A stretch of 64,000 bases of DNA, from positions 1,344,001 to 1,408,000 of the forward strand of contig CAVYRF010000001.1 of assembly GCA_963770895.1 (NCBI GenBank), written 5' to 3'. The stretch comes from an uncultured Acidobacteriota bacterium. GTDB lineage: Bacteria; Acidobacteriota; Thermoanaerobaculia; Multivoradales; UBA5704. The notes below the pieces were generated by a model, which worked only from the letters and a program-made list of their open reading frames with translations, ran no database searches and was not told the origin of the DNA. This document shows, one piece after another, positions 1 to 8,452 of this stretch. Position 1 is the stretch's first letter, and each line of letters starts with the position of its first letter. The position numbers were made by a program, and so were the translations under genes.

Positions 1-1091
1 GTCTTGACCGTCTGATCGGCGCCGACGACGTAGACAAACGTCGCCTGCGGGCTGCGCTGGATCGCGGCGGCGGGGACCAGCACGGCGTTCTCGATGGTGC
101 TGACCAGCAGGCGCGCATTGACGAACTGGCTGGGGAACAGGCGGTCGTCCTGGTTGGGAAACTGCGCGCGCAGCCGCACCGTGCCGGTCGTCTGATCGAT
201 CTGGTTGTCGATGGCGAACAGGACGCCGACGGCGAGCTTGCTCTTCATGTCCCGGTCGTAGGCTTCCACCTGCAGCTTCTGCCCGGCATGCGTCTGCTCC
301 AGCACCTGCGGCAGGCGGTCGGCCGGGATGGTGAAGATGACGGTGATCGGTTGCACCTCGTTGATGACCACGACGCCGGTCGTATCGGTGGCATGCACGA
401 TGTTGCCGACGTCCACCAGGCGCAGGCCGACGCGGCCGCTGATCGGCGCCGTGATGCGGCAGTAGACGAGATTGAGCTTGGCGCTCTCGATCTGCGCCTG
501 ATCGCTTTCGACGGCGGCCTGGTCCTGCTTGACGGTGGCGATCTGGGTGTCCAGCTGCTGGCGCGGGATGGCGTCCTGCTGCATCAGCACTTCATACCGT
601 TTGAGATCGATCTGTGCGTTCGCCAGCGCCGCCTCGTCCTTGGCCCGCTGCCCCTCCGCCTGCATCAGCTGCACCTGGAAGGGGCGGGGGTCGAGCTCGG
701 CCAGGACCTGGCCTTCCTTGACCATCTGTCCCTCGACGAAGTCGATGCGCATCAACTGGCCGTCGACGCGGCTCTTGACGGTGGCGGTGTTGAGCGCCGT
801 CACGTTCCCCAGGCCGGTCAGGTAGACGCCGAGGTCGCCGGCTCTGGCGGTCGCCGCGACCACCGGCACCGGCGGCGGGGCCGGCGCCTTGGCGTCGTTT
901 TTCGACTGCCCGCGGCTGCCGGGCAGAAACAGGTAGATGCCGATTGCAATCGCTGCGGCGACCAGCAGCCAGAGCCACCAGCGGCTCTTGCCGCCGCCGC
1001 CGTCGCCGCTGTACGCGGCGAGCGGCGCTGTCGACGGCGAAGGTGCCGGATCGGAATGGTGCGGCGACGCATCGGCTTGGTCCGAGTTCAT
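1..1091 (-). CDS. RND efflux periplasmic adaptor (MdtA/MuxA-like), 3' end runs off window
   Basis: Not in the ORF track because its stop lies outside the window. Manual translation from ATG 1091 gives a TM segment (WWLWLLVAAAIAIGIYLF), LTGLGNVTALNTATVKSRVDGQL, EGQMVKEGQVLAELDPRPF and AAIQRSPQATFVYVV. It is a clear paralog of 39066..40394. Confidence 0.9.
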   Translation of the reverse strand, partial: MNSDQADASPHHSDPAPSPSTAPLAAYSGDGGGGKSRWWLWLLVAAAIAIGIYLFLPGSRGQSKNDAKAPAPPPVPVVAATARAGDLGVYLTGLGNVTALNTATVKSRVDGQLMRIDFVEGQMVKEGQVLAELDPRPFQVQLMQAEGQRAKDEAALANAQIDLKRYEVLMQQDAIPRQQLDTQIATVKQDQAAVESDQAQIESAKLNLVYCRITAPISGRVGLRLVDVGNIVHATDTTGVVVINEVQPITVIFTIPADRLPQVLEQTHAGQKLQVEAYDRDMKSKLAVGVLFAIDNQIDQTTGTVRLRAQFPNQDDRLFPSQFVNARLLVSTIENAVLVPAAAIQRSPQATFVYVVGADQTVK

Positions 1092-1619
1092 CGTTGGGCC
1101 TCGAAGGCTTGAAAAAGCTGGTTGTTCGTGCCGCGCAGCTCCGTGACGGAATGGTCTGCGCGAGCCCCAGGTACGGCTGGGGGCGAAGGCGCGTGCCGGC
1201 AGCGCCGCGCCGGCACAGATCACTGGTTGTTGATAACGCTGTTTGCGTCGGGAAAGTTCCGCCACCGCGACGCCTGCCGCGTGACGATCCTACATCACCC
1301 GCTGCACCCGCCCAGGGTGTCCTATCCGAGGGGTCCGCAAGGCGCGGGTCCGCGCCGGCCGGACCGCCGCGCGGCGCCGCGGCCGCGCCGCGTCGCACGG
1401 CAGGGAGCCCTTGCGGGCAGTTAGCTCGCGATTGTTTCAAGAGAGACGCCCGGGCCCCACAAAAGGCCGGTAGAAATGACGACGGACGGAGGTTTGATGG
1501 TGACCTCCGGTTGGCGAAACCTCGCCCCGGCGGCCGTCATCGATGAATGTAGGACGGCTCTGCGCGGGCTGCCGGATGCCATGGCGACATCCGACCCGTC
1601 CGCGATGAAGGAGGTAGTT

Positions 1620-2021
1620 ATGAAGTGTTTTCGACCCTTGCTGCTGGCTGTCATCCTCGGCGTCTTTTTCAGCGGCTTGACGGTGCCCGCCGCTCAGGCT
1701 GGCACGATCCAGGCGGCCTCCGCCGCCGATCTCAGCTTCGGCTCCCTCCTGGGAGGCTGGGTCGGCGCCTGGCTTTGGGGGCATGACGCGACGACGGGCA
1801 GGACCGGCGCCGCGGCTGCCAGGGCCGCCGCATCGGCCGCGCCGGTCCGGTCGGCCCCGGCAGTCAACAGCGTTGCGGTGCCGCAGGCCTCCGCCTTGCG
1901 GCCGGCGCCGGGCGGCAGCATGCCGCGTGGCGAGGGCCGTTTGCACGCGGTCGGCGCCGCGCCTCCGCGCCTCAGGCCGCTCTGCACCGGCCCGACCGAG
2001 CCGAACGGCGAATGCGGCTAG
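1620..2021 (+). CDS. Small secreted protein / candidate propeptide with C-terminal CTGPTEPNGECG motif
   Basis: Strong SD (AAGGAGGT) before ATG 1620, signal peptide MKCFRPLLLAVILGVFFSGLTVPAAQA, Ala/Pro-rich spacer and a Cys-bracketed C-terminus. Confidence 0.75.
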   Translation: MKCFRPLLLAVILGVFFSGLTVPAAQAGTIQAASAADLSFGSLLGGWVGAWLWGHDATTGRTGAAAARAAASAAPVRSAPAVNSVAVPQASALRPAPGGSMPRGEGRLHAVGAAPPRLRPLCTGPTEPNGECG

Positions 2022-2068
2022 GGGAGTGATGCGCCGCTGAGACGTGATGACCCATGTTGGCTGTCTCG

Positions 2069-2103
2069 AGGGGGGGAATAAAAGCCCCCCCTTGCTTTCT
2101 TTT
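2069..2103 (+). terminator. Probable intrinsic terminator after the secreted-peptide gene
   Basis: AGGGGGGG-aataaaag-CCCCCCCT hairpin followed by the T-rich tract gctttctttt. Confidence 0.6.
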
Positions 2104-2154
2104 GCAATCAATGGATGGCAGAATGGACGCCGCGTTCGCGGGAGCTTTCCACGC

Positions 2155-3462
2155 GTGAGCGAACACCTCTCCTCGGAAGATCGATGCCGCCTTGCAAAGG
2201 GCACGCTGCCTCGCCAGCGGTGTCAGCAGGTTTTGCGCCACATCCTGCGCGCCTGCCCGACCTGCTCGCGTGCCCTGGCCGCGTATGGCGGCTTCGCGCT
2301 GGACGAATTACCTGAAGACGCTTACGATGAAGTGGTGACTCGCGTCACCAATCAGGTATCGCAGTTGGCGGTCGCGCACCAGGAAGCGGTCGGCACCCTG
2401 ACGGCTCTGCTTGCGGGCGACCGTGCCTGGAACGACCTCTCAACCGCCGACCTTGCCCTGCTGCGCGGCCTGCCGCGGCTTGGCGCGCTGCTGGATGCGG
2501 GCTGGTCGCTGCGCCATCGCGACCCGCAATCGACGCTGCGCTTTGCCAGGCTCGCCCGCTACGCCGCGGATCGGCTCGACTCCAAGCAGCTGGCTGCCGA
2601 ACCGGTTGCCGATCTGCGCAGCCTGGCCTGGGCCGAGCTGGCCAACGCCTACCGCATCAACGCCAACTTCCCGCGCGCGACGCGGGCGATGAACCGGGCG
2701 ATCTACTGGTTGCAGCGCGGCTCCCAGGACAGCCTGCTGGTGGTGCGGGTTGCCGATCTGCTGGCCTCCCTGCTCGTCCATCAACGGCGATGGGACGAAG
2801 CGAAGCCGCTGTACCAGATGGTGTTTCAAGCGCACTTGAACGAAGGCCGGTTCCATCTGGCGGGGCGTGCCCTGATCAACGCCAGCTTCCCTGAACCGCC
2901 CGAAAAGGCGTTGCCGCTGCTGCGCCGCGGGCTCAACCTGCTGGACCAGGAGCGCGATCCGGAGCTGGTCGGCCAGACGCTGCACGCCATGATCTGGCGG
3001 CTGAGCGACATGGGGCGGTTCCGCACCGCTCGCCGCCTGCTGTGGCGCAGCCGGGCCCTGATCGAAGGCGCCGCGGCGCCGCTGCGCATCCGGTGGCTGG
3101 ATGGCAAGATCTATGCGGGCCTGGGGGATCTCGGCCGGGCTGAAGAGACGCTCAAAGCGGTGCGCGCCGGTTTCGCGGAGCAGCAACAGGTGTATCCGGC
3201 GGCGATGGTCGGCCTCGAGCTGGCGGCGCTCTGGGCGCGTCAGGGGCGCGTCGATGAGATCTATGAGCTGGCGCAGGAGATGATCGCCACCTTCCGGGCG
3301 CTGCGCGTGGCGCGGGAAGCCATCGTGACGCTGCTCATCCTGCAGCGCGCCTGCCTGGCCGGCGGCGGCAGGCTGCTGGAGATCATCGACATGGTGGGCA
3401 GCTTCCTCAAGGAGCTGGAAGAGCAGGCCCCGGCAAGGCGGCAGCGACCGGTCGAAGACTGA
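2155..3462 (+). CDS. TPR-repeat protein with N-terminal zf-HC2-like (anti-sigma zinc finger) motif
   Basis: GTG start after GGGAG. N-terminus EHLS...RHILRACPTC (HxxxxCxxC), then helical TPR-like repeats (LAWAELANAYRI, HLAGRALIN, RWLDGKIYAGLGDLGRAEETL). No HTH or enzyme domain recognised. Confidence 0.75.
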   Translation: MSEHLSSEDRCRLAKGTLPRQRCQQVLRHILRACPTCSRALAAYGGFALDELPEDAYDEVVTRVTNQVSQLAVAHQEAVGTLTALLAGDRAWNDLSTADLALLRGLPRLGALLDAGWSLRHRDPQSTLRFARLARYAADRLDSKQLAAEPVADLRSLAWAELANAYRINANFPRATRAMNRAIYWLQRGSQDSLLVVRVADLLASLLVHQRRWDEAKPLYQMVFQAHLNEGRFHLAGRALINASFPEPPEKALPLLRRGLNLLDQERDPELVGQTLHAMIWRLSDMGRFRTARRLLWRSRALIEGAAAPLRIRWLDGKIYAGLGDLGRAEETLKAVRAGFAEQQQVYPAAMVGLELAALWARQGRVDEIYELAQEMIATFRALRVAREAIVTLLILQRACLAGGGRLLEIIDMVGSFLKELEEQAPARRQRPVED

Positions 3463-3577
3463 ACCCCGCTGCTGGACGATCGTCGGGCGATGGACGGCGG
3501 ACGCCAAACAACGGGCGGCGGACGGCGGACGGCGGACAACGAGCGCTGGACGGGGCGGGCGCCCGCAGCGGCGCAAA

Positions 3578-4063
3578 TCAGGATTCGTCGTCGGGGTCGT
3601 CGCGCGGAGTGCCGCGGTTGGCCGCCGCGATCTCTTTCTTGCTCTCCTGCCGGCGGCGCTCCAGGACCCGGTTGACGGCGTCTTCCACCAGGTGGTCGAA
3701 CTCTTCGGGCGAGGCAGGGTCGATCTCGTCGACCGGCACAAATTCGCCGCGGTAGCCGGCGCGCTGAAAAGCGGCAAAGAAGTCGCCGGCGGCGGGATGG
3801 GCCCGCGCCGCCGACCGCTTGGGACGGGCGGCGATGTTGAAGAACTCTTCCTGCGACAGCCCGATGATGCGCAGGATCGCCAGCACGTGCTTGAACTTGA
3901 GATCCACGTGACCGCTGAAGATGCGACGCAGTGCCTTCGGTCCGACACCCAGCCGCCGCTCGACTTCGCTGACAGTGAGGCCGGCCGCACGAATCGCCTG
4001 TCGCAACAGGCTGGCGTAGCGTCGAACCTCGTCGTCAATCTCCGGCAGCTTTTCGCTCATCAT
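3578..4063 (-). CDS. XRE/Cro-CI-type helix-turn-helix transcriptional regulator
   Basis: LRQAIRAAGLTVSEVERRLGVGPKALRRIFSGHVDLKFKHVLAILRIIGL fits the XRE HTH pattern. A TACAAT box lies 6 nt before the ATG. Confidence 0.85.
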   Translation of the reverse strand: MMSEKLPEIDDEVRRYASLLRQAIRAAGLTVSEVERRLGVGPKALRRIFSGHVDLKFKHVLAILRIIGLSQEEFFNIAARPKRSAARAHPAAGDFFAAFQRAGYRGEFVPVDEIDPASPEEFDHLVEDAVNRVLERRRQESKKEIAAANRGTPRDDPDDES

Positions 4064-4189
4064 CTACGTATTGTACAGGATTCTGCCCCCCAAGGGGCGT
4101 TTTTCTAGCCAGTCCTCTGCACGGACCGCGCCCCGGGCCTGGGCGGGCCGTGTCGTGTTGTGACGATCCGTCGTCGCCGCGGCGTACCT

Positions 4190-4328
4190 GCGCCGCTCGA
4201 CCTTGCCCACGGTGAGGCCGGCGGCGGGAAGCACGCCGTGGACCTGCCAGACGGTGAGCTGGGGTGCCGTCGCGATCATCATCTGCGCATTATACAGTAT
4301 TCTGTCCGCGCTGGGGCTTTTTCTAGCC
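4190..4328 (-). pseudogene. Degenerate tandem duplicate of the promoter and 5' end of the XRE-HTH gene
   Basis: 4277-4328 resembles 4058-4110 (catcatct..g.att.tacag.attctg.cc.c...gggc.tttttctagcc). It encodes MM...AAGLTVGKVERR versus AAGLTVSEVERR in the intact gene. Confidence 0.7.
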
Positions 4329-4552
4329 CTACAGGGCATCAGATCACGCGACAGGCGATCCAGCCCGCGGCAACGGCCCGCCCGCGCCGGTCTGCAGCAG
4401 TCCCCCGGACGCCAGACAGGGCAGCGCCGGCCGGCTCAGCCAGGAGGCCGACGGAGCGGCCCGCGGCGACTCCGGGCGGCTAAGGACAGGAGGTGGAAGC
4501 GGCGGGCTGGCTGGCTCGATCAGGGCTGCCGGTGGCTGCCGGGCCGACCGGC

Positions 4553-5245
4553 TCAGGAGGGATTGCGCGGGGCGTAGAAGACGTACACGGCGCGGTACTC
4601 GACGTCCTGCAGTGCGCCGGGGTGGGCGGCGTCACAGCCGGTGGCGGGGGCGACGCCGCCGACGGTGTCGACGCGCTGCACGTACTGGACGCCCGCGAGC
4701 TTCCCCTGGCCGCTCGATTCCACCTCCACCAGCAGCCAGGGCACGGCGTCGAATTGCAGCGCCGGCGTGGTTCCAAGCACTTTTTTCTTGACCACCTTGC
4801 TGCCGTCGGCAAGCTGCCAGGACGGCCCGGCAAAGTGGGTGCCGATCTCGCGGTTCTGATCGTCGTTGAGCTTGGCAACCGGTTCCTTGAGCGTCCATTC
4901 GAAGGTGCCCGCGGCCTGCGCCTTCGGGTTGCAGACGTAGCGCTGGACTCCCTGGCCGTACGCCACCAGGATCGGCCTGACGCTGGCGGGCGGGTCCAGC
5001 TTCGGATCGGGCATCACCGGGCGGTACAGGCCGTCGCGCGGCGTCCCCGTCCACGGCTGGCCCGAGGGTGCCTGCGCGCCGGCCGGCGAGGCGGCGAACG
5101 CAAGCAGGCTGAGCGTCGCGATCAAGGCCGCCCCTGCCGCAATAATGGTCGCTCCTGCCGCAGATGCTGCCCGCGGCGCCCCTGCCGCCGTCCCTGCCGT
5201 TGCCGCCCTTGCCGTCCGTGCGGCCCGGTTGTGTGCGCGCCCCAT
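4553..5245 (-). CDS. Secreted DUF3455-family protein
   Basis: SD GAGGAG and signal peptide; motifs GQGVQRYVC, IGTHFAGPSW, AVPWLL, YVQRVDTVGGVAP and VEYRAVYVFY. Confidence 0.85.
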   Translation of the reverse strand: MGRAHNRAARTARAATAGTAAGAPRAASAAGATIIAAGAALIATLSLLAFAASPAGAQAPSGQPWTGTPRDGLYRPVMPDPKLDPPASVRPILVAYGQGVQRYVCNPKAQAAGTFEWTLKEPVAKLNDDQNREIGTHFAGPSWQLADGSKVVKKKVLGTTPALQFDAVPWLLVEVESSGQGKLAGVQYVQRVDTVGGVAPATGCDAAHPGALQDVEYRAVYVFYAPRNPS

Positions 5246-5468
5246 GTGCTCTCCTCGTTGAACCTGGCCTGCCGCCGGTGGCGGCCTGTGGTGCCCGCGG
5301 GCAGTATCGCACAGCCTCGCGGCGCCACCATGACAGATGGCCTGCAGCCGCAAAATCCTGCGCCGGCGCGCCTGGCCCCGCCGTCGAGTGCGGCGCCACC
5401 ATGACTACGGCGGAAGGGCACGATGTGTTGCGCTCCTGCAGCCGGGCGAGCGCGCCGGGGCGGCGTTT

Positions 5469-7367
5469 CTACCCGGCGAGCGGTTCGGCCAGGTAGGCGG
5501 CGAAGACGGCGTCGTGATCGTGCTGGCAGAAACCCAGCCAGCGATAGGGGCCGAGCGGACCTGCCCAGACGTGGGAGGCGAGCGAGGTGGCGGCGTCCAG
5601 GCCGTAGTGCATCAGATTGCCGACCTGCACCGGCTCGCCGTGCTCGCCGGTGAAGCGCGCGCCGCCGGAGGGCACCATGTCGCTGTCCCACGACTCCCAG
5701 GGGAACACCGTGCCGTTCACCCGCAGCGGCAGCAGCGGCCGGGCGGCGTGCTCGCACCAGACCGTGAACCCTTCGCCGGTGTCGTGCCAGTCGTCGCTCG
5801 TGTCGTTGGGCGGCAGTCGCACCTCGAAGGCCTGCCGCGGTCCCATCTCGAACACCGTCGCGGCGCGGACGGCGAGCAGCGACGGATGCAGGTAGCAGTG
5901 GCCGCGCTGCCACTGCGGGATGCCGATGCCGGCGGCGTCCGGGCGCTGGCGCAGCGCCTCGCCGAGACGGGCGAAGAGGCGCCTGTCCAGGGGATGCGTG
6001 TCGTGATCGAGCAGCACCACCAGGTCGTCCGGGTCCAGGTGCACGCGGGTGCGCAGGTGCTCGAAGGTGGCGGTGAGACTGGCGCCGTGCACGCGGCCGC
6101 CGTTCGACCCGGCGGCGGCCACCTGCTCGCGGACGTCGACGCAGGTGGCGAAAGGGGAGTTGGCGCAGGCGGCCCTGGCGGCGTCGCGCACCGCCGGCTG
6201 CGATCGATGGTGCAGGATGGGGAAGTACTCCAGCCGCAGGCCGAGCGCCTCGCGGGTGGGCGCGACGCAGCGTTCCAGGCGCGCCATCTGGTCGGCGAGC
6301 AGCGCTGGATAACGGTAGTGGACCGACAGCACCGCAACGCGCCGCGCCAGGCCGCGCCAGCGGCGCAGCCGCGTCCCGTCCTCGTCGCCGGGCTGCGCGA
6401 TGGCGGCGCCGCCGCCGCGGCGCAGATAGCGGCGCCAGGTGCGCACGATCCGGCGCTCGCTCGCGGCGCGCGAAAAGCGAGCGGCGGTGCCCAGCCCCGC
6501 GGCGATCAGCGCCGCGTCGCCGCCCGGCTGGTGCAGCAGGTCGAGCGCCTGGCCCAGGCGATCGGCCGCGGCCATCACGTCGCCGTCGGCGGCGAGCAGG
6601 CAGTTGCGGCCGTGGCGCAGAAAATCGCGGCCGCCGCGGCCGGCGAAGCCGACCACCAGGCAGCCGCTCGCCAGCGCTTCGAGCGCCGGCAGGCCGAAGC
6701 CCTCGGGGTAGCCGGTGGCCAGGAAGATCGCCGACTCGGCCAGAACCTGGGCGACGCGCTGGTGCGGCACGCCGTCGATGGGCACGAACGGCACCTGGCG
6801 GAAGCGTGGGAAGCGCGACCGCAGCAGGCCCTGGATCTGCTGCAGGTCGTCGGCATTCTTGCGCGGCATGCAGGCGATCTGCAGCCGCTTGTGCGGCGCC
6901 GGCCGGAAGGTGTCCAGATCGACGCCGGGCGGCACCAGCGCGCTGGGCAGCCCCATCGCGTGGCGCACGAAGCGCTGCACCCAGCGGCTGACGGCCATCA
7001 CGTCGCGCACCTGCCAGGTGCGCCAGTCGCACCCTTCGGGCAACGGCTCGTGACCGCCGTAGATGTAGCCGGCGCCTTGCGCGAAGACGACGCGCGCCAG
7101 GCCGCTGTCGACGGTGTCGGCCATCAGCCGCCAATCGCCCTCGGGGATCACCAGGACGTCGGGGCCGCGCGGCGCGATGCCGCTGTCGAGGGTCGCGACC
7201 GGTGCCGCGCTGTCGAACCAGGACATGGCGGCGCCCCTGCGGCGATGCAGGACCCAGGCGTCGATGCCGTTGCGGGCCAGCGTCTCGACGTGATGGTAAA
7301 TCGTCAGCACGCCCCCGGAAGGGGCGCTGGAACGGGGGCAGTAATAAAAGATCCGGCGGTCCGGCAT
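5469..7367 (-). CDS. Two-domain glycosyltransferase (GT4/GT-B N-terminal, GT-A-like C-terminal)
   Basis: SGG..TIY and EGFGLPALEALASGC (GT4 ExxxxxxxE motif). The C-terminal half has VVLLDHD (DxD). Confidence 0.8.
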   Translation of the reverse strand: MPDRRIFYYCPRSSAPSGGVLTIYHHVETLARNGIDAWVLHRRRGAAMSWFDSAAPVATLDSGIAPRGPDVLVIPEGDWRLMADTVDSGLARVVFAQGAGYIYGGHEPLPEGCDWRTWQVRDVMAVSRWVQRFVRHAMGLPSALVPPGVDLDTFRPAPHKRLQIACMPRKNADDLQQIQGLLRSRFPRFRQVPFVPIDGVPHQRVAQVLAESAIFLATGYPEGFGLPALEALASGCLVVGFAGRGGRDFLRHGRNCLLAADGDVMAAADRLGQALDLLHQPGGDAALIAAGLGTAARFSRAASERRIVRTWRRYLRRGGGAAIAQPGDEDGTRLRRWRGLARRVAVLSVHYRYPALLADQMARLERCVAPTREALGLRLEYFPILHHRSQPAVRDAARAACANSPFATCVDVREQVAAAGSNGGRVHGASLTATFEHLRTRVHLDPDDLVVLLDHDTHPLDRRLFARLGEALRQRPDAAGIGIPQWQRGHCYLHPSLLAVRAATVFEMGPRQAFEVRLPPNDTSDDWHDTGEGFTVWCEHAARPLLPLRVNGTVFPWESWDSDMVPSGGARFTGEHGEPVQVGNLMHYGLDAATSLASHVWAGPLGPYRWLGFCQHDHDAVFAAYLAEPLAG

Positions 7368-7513
7368 GGCGTTCCGCGATGGCAGAGCAGGTGGTCTGTG
7401 CCGGATAGATTAACACCGCCTCGCCTGCCCTCGCGGGCGAGGGCGGCGGTTGCTCCCTGCCGGGAGTGCCGGGCCAGGCGACAGCCCCGGCCTCCTCCGC
7501 GATATCGTTTCGA

Positions 7514-8257
7514 CTACCCGGCGGCTGCCGGCCGGGGCGTGGGGGGCGGTGCCGCCGGTGCCGGCTGCGCCGCGGGCGGGCGCTGGGACGCCGGCGGCGC
7601 CGGGCGCGGTGGCGGCGCGGGCGCCTCGACGTCGATGGCGACGGCGCGCGAGCTTGCGGCGGCGCCCGTCGCGTCCCAGGCTCTGGCCTGCACGGTGTGG
7701 TTGCCGGCCGGCAGGCTCACCGCCGTATCGACCGAGCGCGAGCCGCTCTGCTGGTAGATGCGCTGGTCGTCGGCGTACAGGGCGAAGCCGGTGATGCGAT
7801 GGCAGCTGGCGGCGCTGGCGGTGAAGTGCACCGGCGTCGGCTCGCTGCCGCCTTCGGGGGAGTCCAGGCTGACGGTGAAACCGGTGCAGGTCCCGGCGGT
7901 GACGGCGAGCACCGTCGAGCTGTAGTCGCCGGTCGAATCCCAGGCGAAGACCGCCAGCTCGTGGTCGCCGGTCGTGAGGTTCAGGCTGGTGTTGAGGACG
8001 CTTGCGGGGCCAGGAGTGCCGAACACCGACACGCCGTCGACGTAGACCTGCCAGCCGGTCACCTGGGCGCCCGACGCATCGGTGGCCGCCGTGGCGGCGA
8101 TGCCGATGGGCGAGGCGAGGGTGTCGCCGTCGAACGGCCGATTGATGGTGATGCTCACCGTGGCGCCGGCAGGCGCCGCGGCCAGCGTCATGCCGGCTAC
8201 GCTCAGGGTCAAAAAGGCCAGGACGGAGACGTTTGCCGGCTGCCTGCTGCTGCGCAT
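7514..8257 (-). CDS. Secreted protein with two bacterial Ig-like domains and Pro-rich tail
   Basis: Signal peptide and two repeats of the type ITINxP.DG...QVYVDG...L..G.H.L.V.AWD.TG. Confidence 0.75.
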   Translation of the reverse strand: MRSSRQPANVSVLAFLTLSVAGMTLAAAPAGATVSITINRPFDGDTLASPIGIAATAATDASGAQVTGWQVYVDGVSVFGTPGPASVLNTSLNLTTGDHELAVFAWDSTGDYSSTVLAVTAGTCTGFTVSLDSPEGGSEPTPVHFTASAASCHRITGFALYADDQRIYQQSGSRSVDTAVSLPAGNHTVQARAWDATGAAASSRAVAIDVEAPAPPPRPAPPASQRPPAAQPAPAAPPPTPRPAAAG

Positions 8258-8452
8258 CAAGGCACCTCCAAGGATGGGAACCTCCCATCAACTCAACCCC
8301 GGCCATGATCGCACACCGCGGGGGCGGCCGTCACAGGCCGGCCGGCGCTTGCAATTGGCGGGCAGGCGGCCCGCGGAGGCTGGTCGCGATGAGGGGGGTT
8401 GTGCCGCCGCGGACCGCCGCCCACCTCCTAGACGGCGGTCGGCGCCGATTGG

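Noticed and set aside
288-1112. Long ORFs antisense to real genes (e.g. 288..1112, 22839..25574, 35716..39924, 58375..60180)
   Set aside because: These are shadow frames caused by high GC3 on the opposite strand. They have no motifs and fully overlap well-supported genes.
3490-3545. Short GGCGGAC heptamer run between convergent genes
   Set aside because: Only 3-4 imperfect units in GC-rich DNA; consistent with simple slippage and no functional evidence.
7514-7640. Ig-domain protein possibly truncated after its Pro-rich linker
   Set aside because: Plausible, but no downstream remnant domain could be identified from sequence alone.
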